Positions 8,496-22,825 of a stretch of DNA of 64,000 nucleotides are shown here, piece by piece. Below the pieces are notes generated by a model, which had not been told where the DNA came from, made no database searches, and saw only the letters and a list, made by a program, of their open reading frames with translations. This DNA is from Chloroflexia bacterium (GTDB lineage Bacteria; Chloroflexota; Chloroflexia; Thermomicrobiales; CFX8). The stretch is from assembly GCA_030431755.1 (NCBI GenBank), contig JAUIIK010000007.1, positions 2,400 to 66,399 on the forward strand. The letters run 5' to 3'. A program made the translations under genes and the position numbers. Within the stretch, counting starts at the first letter, position 1; each line of letters begins with the position of its first letter.

Positions 8496-10466
8496 CTAGC
8501 TGCCCAGCGCGGGCGACCAATAGAGCCGCGCGTCTCGAAACTCAACAGTGCCGACACCGGCATTGCGGAGATCGAGACGCGCATGCGTCGTTCCGGCTGG
8601 GCAGATCGTAGCGATCCGGAGGGTGCGCCACTCGCCGTCGTTCGGAACCGTCGCCCCAGCGCCGTCCGGAGCGATCTGGGTCCATGTGCCGTACTCGTCT
8701 TGACAGATCAGGAAGGCGCGCAGCTCTCCGCTCGACAGCGTGCTTCTGGCATCGACCTCGAAGTAGCCCAGCCCTTCGCCAACCTCGACGACAGTCCGCA
8801 GCGTGCTCTCACCTTCGGCATCGCGACTGATGGCGATGCCGTCAGCTAGCGGCTCGACGCGGCCGCCGGCTAGGTCCGAGCGCCAAGTGGCGCTATCTCC
8901 ATCAACGACCGCGAAATCGCCATCGAGCTGCTTCTGATCTCCTGGCGGCTCTCCGGGCCGCACCAGCAGCTCCAGCAGCAGCCGGTCCCGATGACGGCTG
9001 ACGATTACCGGCGCGAAGCCTTCAGCCATGAGCTGGTCGCGCGCGAACGCGCTTTCAGGCGACTCGACATGCACGAACCAGAGCGCTTCCGCTCCGTCGA
9101 TCAGATCCGCTGCGCCGGGCGGCAACTCACCGAAGCCGCCCATCGTGACCTGCTCGGCCTCCTCCAGCTCCGGCGCGTAGAGCTCGATCAGCGTCTCGGT
9201 CACCGCCGGGGCCATCACGACCGGCCAGCCGTAGTCGCCCGTGCGCCCGGCATCCTCGGCCAGGGCGTCCCAGTGTTGCTTGTCGCCTTCGCGGACAGCC
9301 TGCAACGTCACCAGCGACAGTCCGAACCAGGTCACCACGGCGATCGTCGCGACGGCCCTGCCAAGCCGGGTGGTGGTGACGAATGGCGCGCAAGCCACAA
9401 GGGCGCACCAGCCCAGCGTCGCCGGCAGAATCGTTCGCTCAGCGTAGGCCGGACTCAGCAGGCTGAGCGCCGCCGCGATGACGACCGTCCCGCCCGCCAG
9501 TCCGACAGCGACACCAGCGCCCAACAGCGACCTTCTCGCGAGCGCGAGCAACCCCAGGACTGCCACCAGTAGTAGCAGTCCAGTCAGCGCCAGATGCAGT
9601 CCGGTCCAGCGCTCCCACGGCGCAGGCTCACCCCAGTAATAGAGCCCGCGGCCATGCAGCCCGGCGACCGAGAGCAGGGAGCTCTGGATCCGGTCGAGCG
9701 ACACGCCCAGATACCAGGCCCGGTCAGTGCCTTCGCGTTCGGCGCTCGCCAACGCCTGCGGGAGCCAAGGCAGGAACCCGACTACCGCCAGGACGCCCGC
9801 GACAATCAGCGGGACGGCTTCTCGCCGGCGCGTGATGACGATCCAGAGCGCGACGCCAGCTGTCGGTAACAGCGCAAAGATCGCGCTGTAATCGATGTAA
9901 ACGGCGGCCAGAAGCGCGCCGCCGTAGAGTCCCGCCCAGCGCCAGCGCCGGTCGCGCTCGTACTCAATCAACGCCAGGTAGGCCAGCGCAATCGCCAGCG
10001 TCATTGGCGCATATTGCCGCGCCTCCTGGCTGTACCAGAGGTGCAGCGGCGACAATGCCAACAGAAACGCCGCGAGGAGCCCGGCTGCCGGCCGCAGCAA
10101 CCGCGCCACGATGAGATAGAGAACGGCGATCGTCGCCGTCCCGGTCAGGACGCTCAGCAGGCGGCCGGCTTGCAGGTCCGGGACGAACAGTGCCGTCAGT
10201 TTCACCAGCACGTAGTAGAGCGGCGGGTGCGGGTCATACTCGCCGCGCAAGCCCAGCACCTCAACCCACGGCAGCCGAGAAAAGCGCACAGTGAAACCCT
10301 CATCAAGCCAGAGGCTGAGATGATCGAAGCGATAGAGCCGCAGCAGACCGCCGAGCAGCACGCTGCAGACGACGGCTACGCGCATCGCTCCCCGGCTTGT
10401 CCGTAGCTGCGCCAGCCGGCCGCGCCTCAACCCGGCCTTCGACGTTGGAACCTGGCTCAGATCCAA
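8496..10466 (-). CDS. GT-C (family 39/PMT-ArnT-like) membrane glycosyltransferase with a C-terminal beta-sandwich domain
   Basis: LRLY....SLWLDEGF, HPPLYY, SP.H.WYSQEARQY motifs; many TM segments; C-terminal W....V.F.DARL pattern resembling carbohydrate-binding modules. Confidence 0.88.
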   Translation of the reverse strand: MDLSQVPTSKAGLRRGRLAQLRTSRGAMRVAVVCSVLLGGLLRLYRFDHLSLWLDEGFTVRFSRLPWVEVLGLRGEYDPHPPLYYVLVKLTALFVPDLQAGRLLSVLTGTATIAVLYLIVARLLRPAAGLLAAFLLALSPLHLWYSQEARQYAPMTLAIALAYLALIEYERDRRWRWAGLYGGALLAAVYIDYSAIFALLPTAGVALWIVITRRREAVPLIVAGVLAVVGFLPWLPQALASAEREGTDRAWYLGVSLDRIQSSLLSVAGLHGRGLYYWGEPAPWERWTGLHLALTGLLLLVAVLGLLALARRSLLGAGVAVGLAGGTVVIAAALSLLSPAYAERTILPATLGWCALVACAPFVTTTRLGRAVATIAVVTWFGLSLVTLQAVREGDKQHWDALAEDAGRTGDYGWPVVMAPAVTETLIELYAPELEEAEQVTMGGFGELPPGAADLIDGAEALWFVHVESPESAFARDQLMAEGFAPVIVSRHRDRLLLELLVRPGEPPGDQKQLDGDFAVVDGDSATWRSDLAGGRVEPLADGIAISRDAEGESTLRTVVEVGEGLGYFEVDARSTLSSGELRAFLICQDEYGTWTQIAPDGAGATVPNDGEWRTLRIATICPAGTTHARLDLRNAGVGTVEFRDARLYWSPALGS

Positions 10467-10575
10467 TTGACGCCCCCGCTTCCCCGCAGATCATAATAGG
10501 AAGGGCTCAGCCTCGCGCAGGGTCGCGCGGTTGAGCCGGGCGCTGGTCGGAACATGCACGCAATAGGAGGCACGC

Positions 10576-10863
10576 ATGACACTGCAAGCACAGTCAACGG
10601 TCCAGGCGGACAATGAGCGGGTGCGCGTTACCCGCTGGAGCTTCGGGATCGAGGCTGAGACCGGTTACCACCGGCACGAGTACGACTACGTCGTCGTCCC
10701 GCTCGCAACCGGCCGGCTGAAGCTCATCGGCCCCGAGGGCGAGGAGACGTTCAGCGAGCTCGAAGCGGGCGTCTCTTACTACCGCGAGGCCGGCGTCGAG
10801 CACAACGTCATCAACGCCACCGCCGGCCCATTTGCCTTCGTTGAGATCGAGCTGAAGGCGTAG
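10576..10863 (+). CDS. Cupin domain protein (BauB-like)
   Basis: RBS AGGAGG; DNERVRVT, G.H.H..DYVVVP, GVEHNV.N, F.FVEIE.K. Confidence 0.85.
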   Translation: MTLQAQSTVQADNERVRVTRWSFGIEAETGYHRHEYDYVVVPLATGRLKLIGPEGEETFSELEAGVSYYREAGVEHNVINATAGPFAFVEIELKA

Positions 10864-11046
10864 CGGTCAAACGACCTTATGTCATTCTGACCGGGGCGAT
10901 CAACATCCACCGTTCCTCACTGATCGACGAGGATTTCACGGCAAACACGCGACACGTCGGCTAGATCCTTCAGCTCCGCGGAGCCGGAGCCTGCCCTGAG
11001 CGCAGTCGAAGGGGTCAGGATGACTCCAATGGTTGTTTGGCCCCTC
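10861..11046. repeat. REP/MITE-like palindromic element (GTCAT...ATGAC family) containing a GAGCCTGCCCTGAGCG.AGTCG.AGGG unit
   Basis: Arms GTCATTCTGACC / GGTCAGGATGAC extended by imperfect outer arms; the same internal unit recurs near 48100. Confidence 0.65.
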
Positions 11047-11193
11047 AGAAATAGAGTCGAATGCCGATCCAAATTCAATCCGTGCCGTCGGATTGTGCAG
11101 CGGCACATCCGAGGTCGGCCCCACTCTCGATATACTGGATTCAAAGGGAAAGCACAGCCCGGGAGCGGTAGGGAGCCGGGCGGACGGAGGGAC

Positions 11194-13185
<1,992 letters not shown>

Positions 13186-13197
13186 GGGATTGGGGAA

Positions 13198-13280
13198 GGG
13201 AAGAGGTAACAGGAAACAGGTAACAGGGAAACAGCCGTTTCTGGATCTTCCCTCTTCCCTCTTGCCTGTTACCTCTTCCC
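13198..13280. repeat. Intergenic hairpin built from short (about 7-nt) purine/pyrimidine repeats
   Basis: Perfect 16-bp arms GGGAAGAGGTAACAGG / CCTGTTACCTCTTCCC enclosing AACAGG and CTTCCCT units. Confidence 0.75.
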
Positions 13281-13307
13281 TACACAGGGGAGGAATGAAC
13301 GCAGCAC

Positions 13308-16660
<3,353 letters not shown>

Positions 16661-16664
<4 letters not shown>

Positions 16665-18736
16665 GCATTCGTCGTGATTCGGTTGACGCGCTACGACAAC
16701 TGGCCGAGCGCTACGGCATCGCGTCTGTCTACCAGGGCATGGACCGCGCGACGGTCCGAGCCCCGCAGGAGTCAGTCTTCGCGGCGCTCCAGGCGCTTGG
16801 CGCGGACGTCGCGACACTGGACGACGTAGCCGACGCCTACGAACGCCGGCGCGCCGAAGCGTGGGCAACGATATGTGACCCCACCGCGACGATCTGGGAC
16901 GGCCAGGGGCACGTCCGCGTGCGGCTACCCTCGCGCCACTCCACAACCGAGCTCCACCTGAGACTATTGCAGGAAGATGGCGAGGCGCTGGAGGAAAACG
17001 TTTCAGTCCGCGACTACAAAGTTGTTGGCAGCGCCCGTCTCGTTCCGACATCGAGCATCCTCGAACGAGCGGTCGAACTGCCCTGGGAGATCCCAGCCGG
17101 CTACCACCAGCTGGAGATGCAGTCCGGAGAGCTCAGTGCTTCGGTGATCCTGATTTCAGCACCGAGCAGGGCCTTCCGGCACGACCGCTCCCGCAGCTGG
17201 GGGACGTTCCTGCCGCTCTATAGTCTCACCACGGGCCAGAGCTGGGGGGCCGGAAACATCGGCGATCTCGGTCGCTTGCTCGACTGGACTGCCGAACGGG
17301 GCGGGAGCTACACCGGCACGCTGCCGCTGCTCCCGGCATTTCTCGACGAACCCTTCGAAGCCGGCCCCTATTCGCCGGTATCACGCCTCTTCTGGAACGA
17401 GTTCTATCTCGATATCCCGGCCATTCCGGAGTTCGAGCACTCGTCCGACGCCCGGTCACTCGTCGAGTCCGCCGATTTCAAGCGCGATCTCGCTAACCTA
17501 CGCGCCAACGAGCTAGTCGACTACCGCGAGGGCATACGGCTACGACGCACCGTGCTCGAGAAGCTGTCCGCGACCTTGATCGACCGAGGCGGAGACCGCT
17601 ACGACAAGTTCCAGGCCTGGCTCGGCGACCACCTGCACGCGCGGCTCTATGCAGCATTCCGAGCGCTTGTCGAGCAGCATGGCTCAGGTCCATCCGGTTG
17701 GCCGGTAGAGATCAGACCCGAAGACGTCACCGAGGCCGAGTACGACCAGGATGCCTTCAACTACCACGCCTACGTCCAGTGGATCGCCGAGCAACAGCTT
17801 GACGCGCTACCGCGCCGTCCGAAGTCCAACTCCGGGCTCTACCTCGATCTGCCAATCGGCGTGAACGGCGAGGGCTACGACGTTTGGCGGGAGCGAGAAT
17901 CATTTGCAGCGGGCTTCACCGTCGGCGCGCCACCCGATCTGCTCGGCCCCGAAGGCCAGAATTGGGGCTTCCCGCCGCTCAACCCACTGGTGCTGCGCGA
18001 GCACGGCTATCGCCATTTCATCGAGGTTATCCAGCATCACATGCGGCACGCCTCGCTGCTGCGCATCGATCACATCATGGGGCTGCACCGGCAATTCTGG
18101 ATTCCGGAAGGGGCCGAGGCGAAGGATGGGCTCTACGTCCATTATCCGGCCGACGACCTCTACGCCATCCTGTCACTGGAGTCGCACCGCAACCAGACCG
18201 AATTGATCGGCGAAGATCTAGGCACCGTGCCGCCGGCAGTGCGCCCGGCGATGGAAAAGCATGACATCAGCCGCATGATCATCGTGCCGTTCGAGGTGTG
18301 GGAAGATTCAACCTCGCTGAACGAGATCCCAGAGGGCAGCCTGACGGCGCTCAACACCCATGACATGCCACCGGTCGCCGGGCTCTGGCAGGACTGGTTC
18401 AACAGCGACCGACAGGCGACCCTGGTAGCGTTGCTACAGGGGCATGACTTGCTCGCCGCTGATGTCGAACCCGACGATCTGGAAGCCGTCATCCCTGCGA
18501 CGCTCGAGTTTCTCGGGCGAAGCGATGCACGCGCGGTCCTGGTAAATCTCGAAGATCTCTGGTTCGAAACACGATCCCAGAACATCCCCGGAACAACCGA
18601 TGACGAACACGACAACTGGCGGCGCATAGCCACCCGGACGTTCGAGGAGTTTTCGAACTCTGAAGCCGTCCTGAGACAGCTAACGCGTCTGGATAGCGCT
18701 CGTCGCCAAACTGAACATGATGACGAGGAGCTATGA
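16661..18736 (+). CDS. malQ: 4-alpha-glucanotransferase (GH77)
   Basis: [20 protein letters not shown]...[29 protein letters not shown]; ATGA overlap with treS. Confidence 0.95.
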
Positions 18737-20634
18737 CAGCGACAGCCACAATCTCCGATCAGGACATCTACCTATTCAACGAAGGCAGCCACCTCGAGCT
18801 GGCATCCCGGCTGGGGGCGCACATGGAGGAGCGTGACGGCTGGCCCGGAACGGCCTTCGCCGTCTGGGCGCCCAACGCCGAGTACGTCTCGGTCGTCGGT
18901 GATTTCAACGGCTGGGACCAGCAAGCCGCGCCGCTGGAGCCGCAAGGCAACTCAGGCATCTGGGGCGGTTTCCTGCGTGATGTCGGCCAGGGAGCGCGCT
19001 ATAAATATCACATTCGCTCCCGCCACGACGGCTACCGAGTCAACAAGGCCGATCCGATGGCCTTCCACGCCGAGACGCCGCCGGCGACCGCTTCGATCGT
19101 CTGGCCGCTCGACTACGAGTGGGGTGACGACGATTGGATGGCGAACCGCGCCGACCGCAATGGCGCCGAGGCGCCGCAAGCGATCTACGAGGTGCATCTC
19201 GGCTCATGGATGCGGGTGCCAGAAGAGGACAACCGCTCGCTGAGCTACCGCGAGATCGCGCCGAAGCTGGCAGACTACGCCGTCGAGATGGGCTTCACGC
19301 ACGTCGAGCTGCTGCCGATCATGGAACACCCCTTCTACGGCTCCTGGGGCTACCAGACGACCGGCTACTTCGCGCCAACGAGCCGCTACGGTACGCCGCA
19401 GGACTTCATGTATCTCGTCGATCACCTGCATCAGCGCGGCATAGGCGTCATCCTTGACTGGGTTCCGTCGCACTTCCCGTCCGACGAGCACGGCCTGGCC
19501 TACTTCGACGGCACTCATCTCTACGAGCACTCCGACCCGCGCCAGGGCTACCACCCAGACTGGAACAGCTACATCTTCAACTATGGGCGCAACGAGGTCC
19601 GCAGCTTCCTGCTGAGTAGCGCCCTCTTTTGGCTCGACACGTACCACGTCGATGGCCTGCGGGTGGACGCCGTCGCCTCGATGCTCTACCTCGACTACTC
19701 CCGCAAGGAGGGCGAGTGGATCCCGAATGAGCACGGCGGCCGCGAGAACCTCGAAGCGATTGACTTCCTGCGTCGCCTCAACACCGAGGTCTACGACCGC
19801 TTCCCGGACACTCAGACGACGGCTGAGGAATCGACGGCCTGGCCGATGGTCTCGCGTCCGACCTACCTCGGCGGGCTCGGCTTCGGCCAGAAATGGGACA
19901 TGGGCTGGATGCACGACACGCTCGAATACTTCGGGCATGAGCCGGTCCACCGCAAGTACCACCACAACGAGCTGACCTTCCGGATGGTCTACGCCTTCAA
20001 CGAGAGCTTCGTGCTGCCGCTCTCGCACGACGAGGTCGTCCACGGCAAGGGCTCGCTGCTGGACAGGATGCCCGGCGACGACTGGCAGAAGTTCGCCAAC
20101 TTGCGGCTGCTCTTCAGCTATATGACGGCCCAGCCCGGCAAGAAGCTGCTCTTCATGGGCGGCGAGTTCGGCCAGGGCCGCGAGTGGAACCACGACCGCA
20201 GTCTCGATTGGGATCTGCTCGAGAACGGCTGGCACCGGGGCGTCCAGAAACTCGTCAGCCAGCTCAACCGCCTCTACGGCGAACGGGCCGCGCTGCACCA
20301 GACCGACTTCAACCCCGCCGGCTTCGAGTGGATCGACGGCGGCGACGCCGAACAGAGCGTGCTGACCTTCATGCGACGGGATGCCAATGGCGAAAACCCG
20401 ATCATCGCCGCCTTCAACCTGACGCCGGTCCCGCGGCACAACTACCGCATCGGCGTCCCGCAGGACGGCACCTGGCACGAGATCCTCAATAGCGACGCAA
20501 AAGAGTTCGGTGGCAGCGGCCAGGGCAACATGGGCGCGGTCGAGTCGACGCCGGTCCCCTGGCACGGCCGGCCGACCTCGATCATCGTGACCCTGCCCCC
20601 GCTCGGCGCGATCTTCTTCGAGAACGGCAGCTAG
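18733..20634 (+). CDS. glgB: 1,4-alpha-glucan branching enzyme (GH13)
   Basis: [64 protein letters not shown]. Confidence 0.97.
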   Translation: MTATATISDQDIYLFNEGSHLELASRLGAHMEERDGWPGTAFAVWAPNAEYVSVVGDFNGWDQQAAPLEPQGNSGIWGGFLRDVGQGARYKYHIRSRHDGYRVNKADPMAFHAETPPATASIVWPLDYEWGDDDWMANRADRNGAEAPQAIYEVHLGSWMRVPEEDNRSLSYREIAPKLADYAVEMGFTHVELLPIMEHPFYGSWGYQTTGYFAPTSRYGTPQDFMYLVDHLHQRGIGVILDWVPSHFPSDEHGLAYFDGTHLYEHSDPRQGYHPDWNSYIFNYGRNEVRSFLLSSALFWLDTYHVDGLRVDAVASMLYLDYSRKEGEWIPNEHGGRENLEAIDFLRRLNTEVYDRFPDTQTTAEESTAWPMVSRPTYLGGLGFGQKWDMGWMHDTLEYFGHEPVHRKYHHNELTFRMVYAFNESFVLPLSHDEVVHGKGSLLDRMPGDDWQKFANLRLLFSYMTAQPGKKLLFMGGEFGQGREWNHDRSLDWDLLENGWHRGVQKLVSQLNRLYGERAALHQTDFNPAGFEWIDGGDAEQSVLTFMRRDANGENPIIAAFNLTPVPRHNYRIGVPQDGTWHEILNSDAKEFGGSGQGNMGAVESTPVPWHGRPTSIIVTLPPLGAIFFENGS

Positions 20635-20713
20635 TGCTGGATTCCGTTCGTAGCCAGATGATCCACGACAAGGAACCGTCTTTGAACATCTCTACGTGTG
20701 GGAATCGGCAGCT

Positions 20714-22570
20714 ATGATCCACCAACCATCGCGTCTGGGCGCGACACCGCTCCCCGACAGCCGCTGCTGCTTCATCGTCTGGGCGCCATTCGTCGACAAG
20801 ATCGATGTCCACCTGCTCGGCAGGAACGAGCGCTACGAGCCGCTCGAACGCGACGCGCGCGGCTATCACTCGGCGACGCTGGAGGGAGTCCCGGCCGGGA
20901 CGAACTATCTCTACCGGCTTGACGGCGGCCAGGAGCGGCCAGACCCGACGTCACGCTATCAGCCCGAGGGCGTCCACGGTCCATCGCAGGTCGTCGATCC
21001 CGAAGCGTTCGACTGGACCGACGACGGCTGGCCGGGGTTGGCGCGGAAGAACCTCGTCTTCTATGAACTGCACGCCGGTGCCTTCACCGACGAAGGCGCC
21101 TTCGACGCCGTCATACCGCATCTCGACGGGCTCAAGGATCTCGGGATCACCTGCATCGAGCTGATGCCGGTCAACCAGTTCCCGGGAGCGCGCAACTGGG
21201 GCTATGACGGCGTCCAGATCTTCGCCGTCCAGAACTCATACGGCGGTCCGGAGGGCCTGCGGCGGCTGGTCGACGCCTGTCACGCGCGCGGCATGGCGGT
21301 CATCCTCGACGTCGTCTACAACCACCTCGGGCCGGAGGGCAACTACCTGGGCGAGTACGGCCCCTACTTCACCGACAAGTACTCGACGCCCTGGGGCTCG
21401 GCCCTAAACTTCGACGACGTCGACAGCGACGAAGTCCAGCGCTTCTACATCGAGAACGCGCTGCAGTGGATTCGCGACTACCACCTCGACGGCTTCCGGC
21501 TCGACGCGATCCATGCCATCTATGACCAGCGGCCGCGACCATTTCTGCGTGAGATGGCCAGCGCCATCCACGATCTGGCAGCAGACCTCGGACGCCGGGT
21601 ACACGTCATCGCCGAGAGCAATATGAACGACCCACGCGTCGTCAACCCCGGCAAGTTCGGCGGTCTCGGGCTCGACGCCGAGTGGAACGACGACTTCCAC
21701 CATGCAGTCCACGCCCTGCTGACCGGCGAGGACACCGGCTACTACCACGACTACGGCAGCTTTGAAGATCTCGTCAAAGCTATGCGGGCAGGCTTCGTCT
21801 ACACCGGCCAGCACATGAGCTTCCGTGGGCGCGGCCACGGCGATGTACCGTGGCTCTACGACGGCAATAACTTCGTCGTCTTCGCCCAGAACCACGACCA
21901 GATCGGTAACCGCGCACGCGGCGACCGGCTGAGCACGCTAATTCCGTTTGAGCTGCAGAAGACCGTCGCGGCGCTAGTGACGCTCTCGCCCTATCTGCCG
22001 CTCTTCTTCATGGGCGAGGAGTATGGCGAGACGAACCCGTTCCCCTACTTCGTCGATCACGGCGATCCGGATCTGATCGAAGCCGTCCGCAAAGGCCGCG
22101 CGGCGGAGTTCGAGAGCTTCGCCTGGCAGGGCGAGATCCTCGATCCCGCAGCGTCCGAAACCTTCGAGATGGCGAAGCTGGACCGCGAGAAACTGGACAA
22201 TCCAAAGCATCGCGCGCTCTACGAACTGCACCGCGAGCTATTGCGCTTGCGGCGGGAGACACCGGCACTGGCGAACCTCAAGCTGCGCGACATGACCGTC
22301 AACGGCATTGACGCGCAACGTATCCTCCAGATGTGCCGGTTACACGCAACCGGCGATGTCAATTGCGCGTTCAATCTCGGCCAGGACGAAGCCTCCATCC
22401 GGTTGCCCTGCGCTTCCGGCCGCTGGCGTCTCGTCCTCAACACGGCAGACACTGACTGGGTCGGTCCCGGTTCGGATCTGCCCACGATTTTGGAATCGGA
22501 CGGCAGTATCGAGATGGCCCTCCCGGCCATGAGCTGCGCCGTCTACGTGCTTGACAATGGCTCCGCTTGA
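20714..22570 (+). CDS. treZ: Malto-oligosyltrehalose trehalohydrolase
   Basis: DP.SRYQPEGVHGPS, RNWGYDGV, VYNHLGPEGNY, RLDAIHAI, QNHDQIGNRA.GDRL, FMGEEYG. Start at ATG 20714; GTG 20696 is an alternative. Confidence 0.96.
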   Translation: MIHQPSRLGATPLPDSRCCFIVWAPFVDKIDVHLLGRNERYEPLERDARGYHSATLEGVPAGTNYLYRLDGGQERPDPTSRYQPEGVHGPSQVVDPEAFDWTDDGWPGLARKNLVFYELHAGAFTDEGAFDAVIPHLDGLKDLGITCIELMPVNQFPGARNWGYDGVQIFAVQNSYGGPEGLRRLVDACHARGMAVILDVVYNHLGPEGNYLGEYGPYFTDKYSTPWGSALNFDDVDSDEVQRFYIENALQWIRDYHLDGFRLDAIHAIYDQRPRPFLREMASAIHDLAADLGRRVHVIAESNMNDPRVVNPGKFGGLGLDAEWNDDFHHAVHALLTGEDTGYYHDYGSFEDLVKAMRAGFVYTGQHMSFRGRGHGDVPWLYDGNNFVVFAQNHDQIGNRARGDRLSTLIPFELQKTVAALVTLSPYLPLFFMGEEYGETNPFPYFVDHGDPDLIEAVRKGRAAEFESFAWQGEILDPAASETFEMAKLDREKLDNPKHRALYELHRELLRLRRETPALANLKLRDMTVNGIDAQRILQMCRLHATGDVNCAFNLGQDEASIRLPCASGRWRLVLNTADTDWVGPGSDLPTILESDGSIEMALPAMSCAVYVLDNGSA

Positions 22571-22595
22571 CACGGCAGGCGCAAACGCTGAAACA

Positions 22596-22756
22596 CGTAG
22601 GGATGAGGCTCGTCCCCATCCGGTCGTCGGTCACGACGACACATTCGCGCCGCCATTGTGTACGCCGGGACGCCAACACGTCCCATGTCACCTCTCGACA
22701 AACCAAGACGTGTTGCCGTGACCGGCAACCGGGCGGGGACGAGCCCCGCCCCTACG
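22596..22756. repeat. GTAG-type REP doublet (REPIN-like) with about 50-bp imperfect arms
   Basis: CGTAGGGATGAGGCTCGTCCCCATCCGGT... pairs with ...ACCGGGCGGGGACGAGCCCCGCCCCTACG; each arm is itself palindromic. Confidence 0.8.
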
Positions 22757-22825
22757 ACCGCGAAGCATTGACTGTTCCAGACAGCTCATTTTCTTGATTG
22801 CCGAAGATACTGGAGAGAATCAACC

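Noticed and set aside
11020-11193. Long N-terminal extensions in the ORF track (glgE, and also 29728, 40724 and 43671)
   Set aside because: Downstream ATGs have RBSs and coincide with family N-termini; the extensions run through repeats or other genes.
20631-20645. CTAGTGCT at the glgB stop, resembling the MITE end at 47964
   Set aside because: Only 8 nt match and there is no partner inverted repeat.
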